From Haliotis rufescens (lineage: Eukaryota), in assembly GCF_023055435.1 (NCBI RefSeq), contig NW_025964001.1, positions 24,800,001 through 24,864,000 of the forward strand: DNA of 64,000 nt, given 5' to 3'. Below, in pieces: positions 28,034-41,589 of this stretch. A program made the translations under genes and the position numbers. Positions within the stretch are counted from its first letter, which is position 1. Each line of letters starts with the position of its first letter. A model generated the notes under the pieces. That model was not told the origin of the DNA, did not search any database, and saw only the letters and a program-made list of their open reading frames with translations.

Positions 28034-29568
28034 GTTGAAAGAGTAGTCTCACATTATATATTTTTTTGTTAATCTGATTCACTGTTATTTAAATCTCGGG
28101 TATTAACGTAAAGAAGTTGACCTGTGCCCGGTATTGCGAGTGAGTGAATTTCTAACGAGAAAAAATATAGCTTTAATAGCTTTTCAGCTTCGAACCTGCA
28201 TGACCCACTTGTCGAAGAGTTCCATGTTTGGTTATTTCAAAAACAACCCTTGTTCCATTTCAAAACCAGTTTGCTCTAGTAGTTAATGACGCAATTTTAT
28301 AGCATAAAAATTGCCGCACAAATTAAATGTTTTCGCTATTACGATCACACTTAAGTCTGCAAACGGTCTGAATAAGTCGATAATGACTCTCTCCCAAGAT
28401 AACATTTCATTTCAAATCGATAAGGAATGCCGATAAAACTGCAATTTAATCATGTATGCTAATCATCTAGTTAAATGCGCATTATCTCCCCTTATCGAGA
28501 AGCCTAATCACGAACTGTGTATCCCTCCGCTTGAATTACTTCCTCTTCGGATTCTTATCTGTAGAAAATAGCGCTTAGTAATGGCGTCGTTCACAAACAG
28601 ACAACATGGAGGCTGTGAATTGAGACTGATTATGAAGACACACTGTTACCCTCTTGGGAGAACATTATATAGAAAACATCGATCTCTGTATCACAACCCA
28701 AATACATTGATCACGAATCGTGACAAAAAAAGGCAAATGCTTTCACGTCTTGATATTAAAAACCAACAATGTATGGTAATACTCTAACGAATTGTGCACC
28801 CAACTGACAACCGGGATGACTTACAGTGAATTACTGATTCTAAATTTCATACCTCATTTCCAAGTTGACAAAGACAGGAAAAGTACGTCAAATAACGTCA
28901 CGGTGGTGTATTGAAGGTGCCAGCGAACGTAAGTATATATTTTGGAATCAACAACCTACTGTCATAACTTGTTAGGCTACTCAATACTCCGGGGACGTGC
29001 TGCGAAATATATTTCATGAAACGTAATTTGAACTGGCTTCGTCTGTTTTCAATCACGCTTTTTTGCTCCTGTGAGTAATAGCCAATTCATATCAAACATC
29101 AACTTGAGCGTTAGGACGAGATAAATTCGTGATGTCCATGAATCCTATGCACGTTGTTCTGAAATTAATGTATTGCTTGAAAATGTAGACGGGGTAGAGT
29201 AGCCTGTCATGAAGCCTCATATCCAGGTTATGAACCACAACACATAGCACTTGCTGCCTTGTGATGTCTTGTTCCCACTGGACAGGGTAAACATAATACA
29301 CTGTAATACCAAGAATCTTGCAATTCCATTGGTTAATCCATACCATGTGACGAAACAATACATTTCAATGTCGACCCTGAAATCGAATAATTACTCGACA
29401 CATCATCAGCATTGGCCTATCACGTGATGAATATTGACTCGTCTGGAAGAAAACAAGATGCCGTCTGCTACGAACGTTTCCCAGCTAAGTTACTGTAACG
29501 AAACAGAGGACAGTTTAAAGACTTCATAAACATAAAAGTTAATTTCGGTATAACAAAACGACTGCTTA

Positions 29569-30582
29569 CTCTTGACGAGGTCAGTATGCGAAGACAAGGA
29601 CCCGAGGACCCGACCAAGAGGTAGTCTGACCGGACAAGGACCCGAGGATCCGACCCAAGAGGTGGTCTGACCGGACAAGGACCCGAGGACCCGACCCAAG
29701 AGGTGGTCTGACCAGATAAGGACCCGAGAAACCGACCCAAGAGGTGGTCTGACCGGACAAGGGCCCGAGGACCCGACCCAAGAGGTGGTCTGACCGGACA
29801 AGGACCCGAGGACCCGACCCAAGAGGTGGTCTGACCGGACAAGGACCCGAGGACCCGACCCAAGAGGTGGTCTGACCGGACAAGGACCCGAGGACCCGAC
29901 CCAAGAGGTGGTCTGACCGGACAAGGACCCGAGGATCCGACCCAAGAGGTGGTCTGACCGGACAAGGACCCGAGGACTCGACCCAAGAGGTGGTCTGACC
30001 GGATAAGGACCCGAGAAACCGACCCAAGAGGTGGTCTGACCGGACAAGGGCCCGAGGACCCGACCCAAGAGGTGGTCTGACCGGACAAGGACCCGAGGAC
30101 CCGACCCAAGAGGTGGTCTGACCGGACAAGGACCCGAGGACCCGACCCAAGAGGTGGTCTGACCGGACAAGGACCCGAGGACCCGACCCAAGAGGTGGTC
30201 TGACTGGACAAGGACCCGAGGACCCGACCCAAGAGGTGGCCTGACCGGACAAGGACCCGAGGACCCGACCCAAGAGATGGCCTGACCGGACAAGGACCCG
30301 ACCCAAGAGATGGCCTGACCGGACAAGGACCCGACCCAAGAGGTGGTCTGACCGGACAAGGACCCGAGGATCCGACCCAAGAGGTGGTCTGACCGGACAA
30401 GGACCCGAGGACCCGACCCAAGAGATGGCCTGACCGGACAAGGACCCGAGGACCCGACCCAAGAGATGGCCTGGCCGGACAAGGACCCGACCAAAGAGGT
30501 GGCCTGACCGGACCTGCCGGTCAGACCACCTCTTCGGTCGGGTCCTCGAGTCCTTTTTTTCGCATATTGACCTCGTCAAAAG
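29569..30582. mobile_element. MITE-like element with about 65-bp terminal inverted repeats and TA target-site duplication, containing a 41-bp tandem array
   Basis: ta|ctcttgacgaggtcagtatgcgaa... versus ...ttcgcatattgacctcgtcaaaag|ta. Confidence 0.8.
29593..30512. repeat. GC-rich minisatellite, 41-bp unit, about 23 copies
   Basis: gacaaggacccgaggacccgacccaagaggtggtctgaccg. Confidence 0.97.
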
Positions 30583-31251
30583 TAATTATTTGTACCACTT
30601 AACATTTCATAGGAATATTCTGAGTGTCCAGCTGGGGGATAAAACTGACTTTTTTATGTTTCTATCAGTAAATATGATCTAATCTGTTTACGTTGATATC
30701 CACATCCGTGCACTAAGAAGCACCCAAGGCAACATTAGATATTGTTCCTTAATCACACTTACCGCATCACGAGTGATTGTTTCTGTCACATAATGCACTG
30801 CATAATACCCTCTGATACATTTATTGATACAAATCAACATTTATATACAGTTTCGTGTGCCATTGCCGTCCATACACCCACAAAACCACATCTAATGTTC
30901 AACACAATTTTCTGAATTGCCTAGGATGACAATAGCCCATATCACACGATATTATGTCCAGCGTAAATGATAATAGCAAAAGCTCTTCGGATATATTTAA
31001 GACTGTCTGCCTGTAGATGGCGCGGTCAAACAAATAGAACACAGTTCGAGCTGTGTGTCAAGTTTGTAAAACACTCAGGAAATGTTCAGCCGTGAAAATC
31101 AGTAGACCGAAATGTTAGTTTACGAATGTTTATATAATCAGAAGAAGAAATACCATGAAGTGTTGCCGACAAAAACGTTCACTTGTTGACTCCGGGCAAT
31201 TACCAATTACCGGGCAATTACCGTTAACATCAGTATGGTAATCTTATAAAA

Positions 31252-31350
31252 CTCGCTCTCTCTCTCTCTCTCCCTCGCGATGGAATGTCGTGAGTCTTCA
31301 TACTTAGTACCATCTGTGTCATACGTACACTTGATTTCCCCAACAGTATA

Positions 31351-31419
<69 letters not shown>

Positions 31420-31500
31420 GATGGAATGTCGTGAGTCTTCATACTAAGTAGCATCTGTGTCAAACGTACACTTGATTTCTCCAACAGTATATAAGCTTTC
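31252..31500. repeat. Tandem duplication of a (CT)n plus 80-bp unit
   Basis: ctcgcgatggaatgtcgtgagtcttcatact...ccaacagtatataagct twice, preceded by short and long (CT)n tracts. Confidence 0.9.
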
Positions 31501-33709
31501 TCACGCACACATGGCAATGAGTCCACGACTACAATCACAGTTGCTTTGTTAATTCAACACCTGTCTCCTTTGATGTGTACACAGATAATTACATTAAACC
31601 TGTATAAATGCCATTCCAAACAAGAATAAATTCGGGTTAACTTTAATGTAGCAATTTAGATTCTCAATTCAACTTTTTCGTACCTTTCTCATCAAATTGT
31701 AAATAAAATATTTAAGGACCGGTGCGTGCTGCATTACTGTTCTGTAATCCACAATCTAGTCTATTTCACATTGTGCGGATTTCAATGCAATTGGCAACAA
31801 TGTGCTTGGCGCCAAAACAATACAGAAGAATAACTGAAACAAGTAAACCATGGAAAAAACAGGAGGGACTAATTAGATTTGCTGCATAGTTTTTCAGATT
31901 TAATTCAAGGGGCTAAAACAGCAGAAATCGCATTCATAGCTATAGATTTCCGCGGCTCCATTGGCCCAATGCATTACTTTAGCTGTTCCGGCTTTGGGCT
32001 CAATTAAGCTTTATACCGCTCTTCGACTTTTATGAATTATCAATAAATATTTGGTCGGAACTGATTTTCGTTTTTATTCTCTCAGTCGTATATTTTGATT
32101 TCCCGGCCTTAAAAAGTACATCTGTCTGGTCAAACAGATGATGCTATGTCGAAGGAATAATCAATTGAAGGAAAAAGTGGTGGAAAACAGTTATTTCAAA
32201 ATACGTCATGTGTTTCTTAGTCTGCTGTGACATATAAAATTGCGCAATGAAAACGTCATACGGGAAATACTTTGTCCGGCTTTATTTCTTTCTTCAAAGC
32301 TCTTGGTGATAGAGCCGAGTCTTTGTGTGATAGACGTCGTGGCTTATGGGTCTGAAGAATCGCGAATCACGAATCTACAATTATAATGGGAATGTAGGAC
32401 TGTGTCGGTGCAAAAATCAACATTATTCAAGCTACATCACGTAAGTCTATAAAGACTACTAGACGAGTCCAGGCCAGGCAAACCAGTGGTTGATGACATG
32501 AACAACGACCCATGCTGTCGGGGTGCGATGACACACAAATAAGCCAAGTCACATGTTGTAAGCAACTGAAGTCCATTGGTGTCTAGACTCTTATAGAAAC
32601 ACGGGAATAGGTTCAACATTAAATATATAGTCGGTGTTACCATGATGAAGTGAACGATAATGTTGGTACTGACACTAGAAGAAGGATCGTGCAGACAGAT
32701 TCCCTTGCGAGTCGTGAATTATTCTGAAGGAAGCCACGGTTAATCAGCCCTTTTTTCCATAGAAACTGTGACCAAAACTATTACTCGCAATAGCAACAGG
32801 TATTGATTTTTTTTCATTTTTTACACGTCATATCATCACATTGTCGACTTAAATAACGGTCTTCAAATAACAGTTGAACCTCAATTGATTCCTTTCACCA
32901 GTCTTTAAAACGAAATGAACTCTTTAAAATCGTTCTGACCTTGAACCGGATTTGCTTTTTTGGCAATATCCCAAACCTGACACCAACAGAATCCATAGAT
33001 TCTTCCAACTTCACGCGTAGACTTACGCGTCCGTACGAAAATCGAGGGCTTGCATGCATCTTCACAAATTTGGAGCATTTTGTGATCACGTTGATTAGAC
33101 CCTTCTTATGCACATGCACGGTTTTATCCCTTTGATAAATATGCTAGCAGGTCGACTATTTTGATAAGGATTGAAGAGTATTTCATTTAAGACATGGAAC
33201 AAAGGTAGTCATTCGTTTGAAGCTTGCAAAATAATTAGTTCGGAAGCCGAATCAAGAATGTCATTGATTTTAAGGGGTTTGGGGATTTTGAAGGTGTTAG
33301 GTTCGTAATTGAGGACCAGACAAAGTTTACACAATTACGATCAAGGTTTTAGGGGTATTTTTTATCAAACTAGAAATACATTCCTTTGCATGAGAAAAGA
33401 CCAAATTGTTGGAGACTTGGTGAATGAACAAATGTTAACAAGTTGAAAAGATAATACTGGCTATATTGATTGACTTCCGGCCCCTCATGCCCAATTAAAA
33501 GGTCATTCAATTTGACAATATTCGGTTTTAAGATTTTCGCAAATAAAGAAATTCAAAGTTGGCTTAAATCGCCAGAATGATGACGAACCATTTTACGATG
33601 ACGGGGAGAAAACAATATGGAACCTCATCTAAGCTGTAAATGAATTATGAATCATGAATATTACGTCTGTGCAGTATATATATATATATATATATGTTTC
33701 CTCTCCGCG

Positions 33710-34085
33710 GTATTTGCATCTTATGTCTATGCTTAATTATAGCGTGTCATTGTGTATGCATCTTGTCTGTGCGGTAAATGCATCTTGTCTGTGCGGTAAA
33801 TGGATCTTGTCTACACAGAACATGCATCTTGTATTTACGGAAAATGCATCTTGTCTTTCTTGAAATTGGTTTGTGTCTTTGCGATTAAAGTAAATATTTA
33901 TTTTGTGCAATGAATACACCTTTGTGGTAAATACACCTTGTCTATGGATGCGGTAAAACATCTTGTCTGTGTGATAAATGCAACATCTCGTCTATGCGGC
34001 AATATCATCCTGTCATCTTGCCTCTGCGGTAAAAGCATTTTGTCTGTGTGGTCAATGCACTCTATCTTTACATTAAATGCATCTT
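33710..34085. repeat. Degenerate tandem repeat, about 22-bp unit
   Basis: atgcatcttgtctgtgcggtaa and variants. Confidence 0.8.
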
Positions 34086-35063
34086 TTATTATATACTTCA
34101 GTGTGAAAGACTCAGTTTTCTGAAGTTGAGAAAGTGATATTTTCACTGCAGTGAACATAACACTTGATATTTCACTGCAGTGAACAGAACACTGATGGAA
34201 CTATTGACGTACAAGAATTACCTCCCCTTAAATTGTCTCCCTTTATCGTAGGTGTCAAGCCCGTACACAAACTGTTGACGTTTATTTTACATTAGGTCCA
34301 CATTCGCAAGGCAAAATAATGACAGATGGTCATTTAATGAGTTCGTATCACTTCTTGTCGTTTTTTTATTCTCTCGAAAAAGTTTCGTTATAAACTGTAA
34401 ATTTCTCATTTTACTCGTCAATCGAGACAGTTCGTTTCGCAAAGCGCGATTACAGCGGCACGTCTTCTAGTTTTCAAGAATATTATTGTTAAACTTGATC
34501 TTGTATATAATCATATCTAAATGTATGATAAAGAATTTTGGTGACCCTAAAGATTTATTCATAATTTTGTTTATATTGCTTAAGTTTGTGCAAACACGGA
34601 ACTACATTTGAAGTCGAAAATACAAGGGATGGTGAATCGTCCCTGTGTGCTGGGTGGGGAGAATATATACTTTACAACGTTTTACATTTGTAATGAAATA
34701 ATTTAATTTTCCTGTAGACACCTACAAAATATCCTCTATGTCTTGAACGTATGTGTCATGGGCACTGTCGTAGACGCTGATGACTTTGTTCACATCATCG
34801 TGATCAAATTCCCAACGAGAGATGGTTGAAAGGCTCTGATCCAACTACAAAAGATGTATAGAAAAACTGCCTTTAATACAATACTTTCCATGCTTAGAGA
34901 CTTTTTACTCTACCAAGTGGAAACCGCCTATACGCCAATGGTATTGTTGACATAAAATAATGTTGAAAACGAATAACTCCATCAAAACAGCCTTTAATAG
35001 TTGGCCTCCCCTCGTAACATCTTGGACGTTATTATTGACATAATCGTGGTCAGAGGCGCGGGC

Positions 35064-35259
35064 ACCCGTGAAGATCCGGGTTAGAATTGGTCTTCAGTAA
35101 CCCATGCTTGTCGTACCAGGCGCCTTGGTCGATGCAAGTCTTGTATCCCAACTGTAGATCATGATGTCAGCCAATGGATTGTCTGGTCTAGACTTGATTA
35201 TTGCCAGACCTGGCATGTTGCTGAGTGCGGCGTTAAAAACAAACAAACAAACAAACAAA
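35064..35259 (+). mobile_element. SINE-like family C (internally deleted)
   Basis: Starts acccgtgaagatccggg, ends (aaac)n, TSD cagaggcg(c/t)ggg. Confidence 0.87.
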
Positions 35260-36936
35260 CAGAGGCGTGGGGACCCATTCATCCAGGGGGCCGTGATTTA
35301 CATTCCTTTATGGCTGTCAGAATTCGGTGATAGTAGGTCGATTCATTGGTCAGCACGATACCCATGCTCAAGCGTTTCACCAAAGCTGTACATGTCTAAG
35401 ATCTGTACCCTAAGCTGAACAGCCGTGGTGTAACTAAAATATTGTACGAAGCGGCGTTAAATCCCAATCACTCAATCGCCCACCATGAGTCATCATCATC
35501 ATGGACGCCGCAATGCACATGTATTTATTGCTGACATCATGAAAATATCATCATAGTCCTATTCTTGAACATTTTCTTCCAAACCACGCGAGACGAAATA
35601 CAGAGAAACGACTCTACGAGTATATTAATAGGTATCATGATATTTTTAGCGCAACGTTTAAATATCTTTATGCATGGACATCCTCATATATGTTATTTTA
35701 TCATAACCACAACTTATCACAAATAGTAGGGTACCAACTAGTTTCGTGTTATCGAAAAATGGCATGTCTTGGTTCACAACTATTCAACAACGATGCAAAA
35801 CTATTCATAAGTTCGTCATTTTGGAAAAGGTCGAGCTGCCCAATTGAACTTTAAAACCACAATCTTTTTTTCCAGGAACATGTCTGTGTGATCCCAACAA
35901 GAGCCATTTCTTTACAATTGGGACCCAAGGAGATCGGGGATGAAGACCTTGAATGTCAATGACGTCACAGATCGTGACAGTTTAACCCTTGGTGCCACAC
36001 TGCAGGAAATTTGTTTCTGACCTAGGATGGAAATCCGCCTGAAAGCTTCATTTCCAGCAGGCAATTTCCGTTGTCTCACCATTGAAGAAGGGACAAGCAA
36101 ATTTGCAATTAAAGAATATTCCCATCATGAAATGGCCTTCTGTTTGACTTGGAACTCGCCAGGGCTTTAGACGGTCTGTGATGTTGTGTGCATTTGATCT
36201 CTTTGTGGTTAATGAATGTACAGTGAGATGTAAAGTGTCTATATGCCTGTGTGGGGCATGGAGACATGTGGTTATCTTGATCGCTGAGATGACCAAGCCT
36301 TTTAATTGGTTTGCATTGCTTGATCGTTGGCTGGAATAATCACGCGAATGAGACCGACTGGTCGTGAGGAATGCGTCATGCATGCCTTATAGCGTTTGAA
36401 ACATCATTTGATAATATTATCAATCAAGCCAAGCGACGTAAACACCACGACCCTGCTTATTCTGGATCCAATTTGTTATTTTACGTTAAAAGATAAGCAT
36501 CTTCCACGGTGAAAGGGGAATCATTGGATTCGGCTGATGAGGACCCACAAAAAACTGTTCAAATCATCTCTGAAAAGAGAATATATGACTTATCGATGTT
36601 GGCTTATACCGTAGTTTATGGGCCTATTTTGTTGGCGTTGTTAAGCGTAAATAAATCCCGTCTGGAAAAGCCATAAATCGAATATTTGTACTGTAGGAGG
36701 TACTTAAGGAAAATGGATTTGCATGTTTTAGACACGTTATTATAACGGTCTGTTTAAGAATATCCTTAAAATGAGACTTCACAGACACATTTCATAGACT
36801 CCAACAACGCGAGATCTCGCTGGCACAAAGAGTGGCAGGATGTAACTGTATCACTGACGCTGTGTTCTCAAGGATAAGAATCAATAGAATACGTGTTCGC
36901 ATGTATGTTTGCATGACATCTCATATTCAGAGTGAG

Positions 36937-37207
36937 TGTTTGTTTTGTTTGTTTGTTGTTTAATGCCGCACTCAGCAATATTCCAGCTATATGACGGCGG
37001 TCTGTAAATAGTCGAGTCTGGACCAGACAATCCAGTGATTGACATCATGAGCATCTTTCCACGCAATTGGGATACGATGACATGCATCAACCAAGTCAGC
37101 GAGCCTGACCACCCGATCCCGTTAGTCGCCTCTTACGACAAGCATAGTCGCCTTTAACGGCAAGCTTTGGTTGCTGAAGACCTATTCTATCCCGGATATA
37201 CATGGGT
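36937..37207 (-). mobile_element. SINE-like family C, full length
   Basis: Complete body including the duplicated tgcttg.cgt.a.aggcgacta motif. Confidence 0.9.
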
Positions 37208-38236
37208 CAAGAGTGAGTGAGTTGGGTAAAACGGCACTTTAAACAAAACAGTATTTCAAATTACCGATGGAGGACAACTGTGTGAATTGGACACTAGAAT
37301 TTTACATATAATTATATAGAATAGATAATATACTTAAATTCGTTTTGACCAATCACAAAAGTCCGGTCGCTTAAGACTGTCAGTTCAGGCCTTTCTTTTG
37401 AACAATGTTAAAACGCAACACTTATCCATATAGAATCGTTTGTTCATAAGGATATTTCAATCGTTCGCAAATTGGCTAATACTTATTTAACTGGTGCACT
37501 TGGGTTCTTCACATAGTGACTTATTACTAGGTCCATTTTACTATCTGTTAGGGAAATTCTAATTGGCAAAAAGGTCTCTGGTTAAAACAGCGTTTAGTAT
37601 GTTACGTCAATAAAACCATACTTCAGTGGATACCGAATTGGTGAACTAGTGGCTCTTTATCGTGATCGTGATAGTTTCAAAGAAACGGTTGGTGTGCCAA
37701 ATGTGACATGTGCAGATCAATCTCTATTTATTATGACGCCATAAACTGTGAAGTCATAAGTTTGATGTCAGAGATCTTGCAAAGTCAAGATATTTTAAGA
37801 CAAGAAGCGCCAAGCTGTCGCGACGGACATGTTTGTCTCCATGTACGGCTGTGCAAAACCCTATTATGAGAACTCATATATGGGATATACAAATCATTAC
37901 ATAGCCTGGAGTATTGATTTGAAGAAACCGGTGTCAAAAATGGCTGCATGAGCGATGGAATAAACTTGAATTATGACACGAATTGTGTACAATCCATGTG
38001 ATATACGCTCCGACGTTAAAATCTACATACTTTATATAACCATGCATACAACTCAACCAGACACCCTCTCTGTCATGATCTATTAAGAGGCGTCAAATAT
38101 GCATAAATAATCATAACGGTGTAATAATAAGCAGTGCCCGTGTCACGAAATATGTTTGACCATGTATCAAAATCTTCCCCCTGTGAATATATACCGTTAC
38201 AAATCATAAATAAAATAGATGTGGTGGAGACTAGGA

Positions 38237-38502
38237 TTGTTTGTTTGTTTGTTGTTTAACGCCGCACTCAGCAATATTCCAACTGTTTGACTGCGGTCTG
38301 GTAATAATCGAGTCTGGACCAGACAACCAGTGACTGACATCATGAGCATCGATCCACGCAGTTGAGATACGATGACATGCATGAACCAAGCTAGCGATCC
38401 TGACCACCCGATCCCATTAGTCGCCTCTTACGACAAATATAGTCACCTTTTGCGGTAGGTATGGTTTGCTGAAGACCTATTCTACCCCGGATCTTCACGG
38501 GT
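38237..38502 (-). mobile_element. SINE-like family C, full length
   Basis: As above; ends ccggatcttcacgggt. Confidence 0.9.
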
Positions 38503-38934
38503 ACATTAGGATAGAGAAATAGGTGAACTGATTCTGGTCTGCACCCTCCGAGGTACTGCTTCACAAGGGCTATAGTTTGTCCGGGACAGATATATACAGC
38601 GACATCGTCACAGGCGGTCGAGATGACCATAGGCAGCATAGGGATGGTAAGCTACCATCGAAGAGGATCTGTGCCAAAATGCCATAATGCTACATGCTGA
38701 TTTCATAATTCAATATTCTGCACCAGGTATAACCTATTTGTAAAGAAGAAGGTTGTAGTTTTAAACGTCGGTAAACCCAATATGTAAAATACAATTTTGC
38801 ATTACGGCATTTTGAATTAGAAACACTTTCCATACATACTTAAACAATCAAATATTTAAAAAATGACTGTATTCCATCTAACCTCAAATACAAAATATTG
38901 GTTAAATACTTTCAAACAAATTTCGTATGACTAT

Positions 38935-39580
38935 ACAACATAAAAGCGACAGAAGGATTTCCATAATCATCTTACTGACGTATATTTGCAACTATGTAAC
39001 AGACATGTGTTTATGAATTACTATTAAACAGTAATGATACCAGGTGTTCGCGAAAAGATGAACGTAGTCCTACCCACCGGTGGCGCCCGTCGCCAACATA
39101 TGCACACGCAAGTCAAATGTCCACCTGAACGAACACGGAAATATATTATATGGTGCAAGTCAAAAGACGGGATTGCATCGGACATTATTTTGGTCACTGA
39201 TTTGGAATTTTGGAAATGTCTTCCACATGTTTGGAAAAGTTTAATTCTTTTACCTTGTCATACAGTCTTGTCACTCTGAATCTTTATGCATAGATCTAAA
39301 TATCAAACTGATGAAGCGGTTTCTCTGGTCTCTTCTGTAGTAAATCAGTGAAAAGGAATTGGTTATTCAAACATCATTAAACGTATCAGACCATCGATAT
39401 ACCTGAATTTTAAAGTTAAATGTCTTAGACAAACTCATGAGTTTTGATTTTGCCAATCCGAGCATAAATTCATATGCATAAAAAAACCGTTTTAGTGATC
39501 AATAAGGAGGGAAGTTCAATTGCTGCCCATGGATATGACTTCTTTTCGCCCGAATGTCCTAACCTCAAGTTTCACATAGA
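38935..39580 (+). repeat. Copy of the old duplicated segment
   Basis: Collinear with 26755-27660 and lacks the SINE A insertion. Confidence 0.7.
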
Positions 39581-41046
39581 TATTTACCTGTGAGAAAGTT
39601 CAGCATTTCTCATATTGTTTTCTCGCTAAACTTCAAGGTGATATTTGCTTTCATTGCAGACAGATGTTCCCGAACGTTTGAAGATGGGCATGTTTCACGT
39701 TTTTGTGACAAGTACCCCATGGATCAAGAAAAGAAGTTCCCGAAGTTAGAGATGTGGGATAGTGGTGTACATATATGAAACATCAGATGTTTTGACAGGA
39801 CTGAATTTGTCTATTTTCTCAGATTGTAGAACACAAGCAAGTTTCTGAGAATCCCCTGATATTAATTCCGCTTATCTCAAATACTCTCTGTGTATATAGG
39901 CCTTCCTTGGTTGCATTACTCGAGCGGTACATTTGCTAAACCCTGAACTATATCTCTCGTTGTATGGATTTTTAAGGAGCTTTGGAAATCAGTACAAAAG
40001 AGGAATGGGCATGACTTGTCTTCAGATTTTAGAGTCAAGTCAAAAGTTGATAACACTGACTCATGGTTTCAACAGATTTATCCCCAGTTAACATACTGGC
40101 TTCATATGTGGCGTTATGTGATATACCAAGTTCTTTGATCAAAAAGACAATGTAGTGATGCTTGTAAATTATGTTGTTGTGTTTTTGTATTTGAGACCTG
40201 TTCAGGGGAAACAACTACAGACTTTTCGTGTAATACGGCCAGACATTGGATGACAGCTAGTTTGTACAAAATGTGTTTCTTGCAAATGAATTCTGTTTCC
40301 TCTTTTTGCAAAATAAAAGCGACAAAACCCAAGCAGAAGAAATCTTCGCTAGAAGCAACAAGTTCATCTCATTATCTACTGGCCCATTTTTGCCACGCTT
40401 GGATAGCGTCCACAATGATTTTAAAGTTTTTATCCCAGTTGAAGCAGGGTGTTGACGATATGTTTGGGCTTCACGCTTTGGTCCCCGGGCATTAATGTGG
40501 GTTGCGGCAACTTTTGACATGCTAAATGGAGCTACAAACATAAAGTGTCAAAACCGCCCGCCGCATGCTTACTGAAATAAGACCTTGACTTCAGGAGTAG
40601 CGTTACTTCACCACCGTTCTAAAATTCGTGTATATAATTCGCAATAATATGGGATATGTATATGGGAACGTAAACATTTGAAATTAATATGTAATGCACA
40701 GCAAGGATAACGCTTTAAATTTCAGATGCAAAACGTCAACAAATCGATCTGGATGGAGCTGATGCCAACGGTGGCCGTTAAGTGGTAGTGGTCAACTCTG
40801 ATATAGGACTCCATCACATAACATACATATCAACATATATGACAGCTGAAATGTAATTGTTTGGTTGTTTACACCAGCGCGGACGTCACCGTCACTGATA
40901 TGCTTTACGAGTGACAGCTCGTATTGCGCACACCACATGCATATTCGTGATGCACTGTGGCTTCATCAGCGTACAATGCGATTAATGAAGGGAAAATTTA
41001 AAGAGATGGCCTGCTGAACACTTTGGTGATGCCACTTCTAAAATAA

Positions 41047-41147
41047 AGGGGTGGTGGGGTAGCCTTGTGGTTAAAGCGTGCTTTTGATACCCCATTTCTT
41101 TATTGTTTGAATATTGCTAAAAGCGGGGTAAAATCCAACTCACTCAC
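41047..41147 (+). mobile_element. SINE family A, internally deleted
   Basis: Head and tail only; TSD tctaaaataa. Confidence 0.75.
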
Positions 41148-41432
41148 TCTAAAATAAGGACGGTTTTGATAGATGTGTATATTCGTGTTATACACGGGAG
41201 TGACGAGTCGGTATTTTGTCGTAGGATTTATTTAATTCCCCACACGGGTAGAATGCGCGATGTGTTAATGCTGAGATATTGCTAAAAGTGGAGCAAAGGC
41301 TCATTCACTCACTCACTCTACTACTCACTTACTCAATCAACTACATACTCACTCAAATACTCACTCATGGTATACGTCAAATTTTACTTTGTGCTTAAGA
41401 ACGTGACGTGACTGCAATCCTTCCAAAGGCGT

Positions 41433-41589
41433 CGTCTAGGTGGTTAAAGTGTTCGCTCATCACGCCGAAGACCCGGGTTCGATTCCCGACATTAGTACAA
41501 TGTGTGAAGCCCCTTTTTGGTGTCCCCCGTAGTGATATTGCTGGAATATTGCTAAAAGTGGCTAAAACCATATTCACTCACTCACTCAC
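41433..41589 (+). mobile_element. SINE family A, 5'-truncated
   Basis: TSD tccaaaggcgt. Confidence 0.9.

Noticed and set aside
29468-30579. Three overlapping 317-334 aa minus-strand ORFs
   Set aside because: Artefact of a stop-free 41-bp unit cycling through all three frames; no domain or splice context
35866-36383. Strong acceptor ttttttccag followed by coding-like sequence
   Set aside because: All + frames stop within 30 codons and no recognisable motif on either strand
36525-36565. CTGATGA as a possible hammerhead ribozyme core
   Set aside because: No stem II followed by GAAA
36881-37090. Recurrent peptide MHVIVSQLR...YRPPSYSWNIAECG (also 38197, 53474, 63784)
   Set aside because: Translation of family C repeats; the frame is broken in other copies
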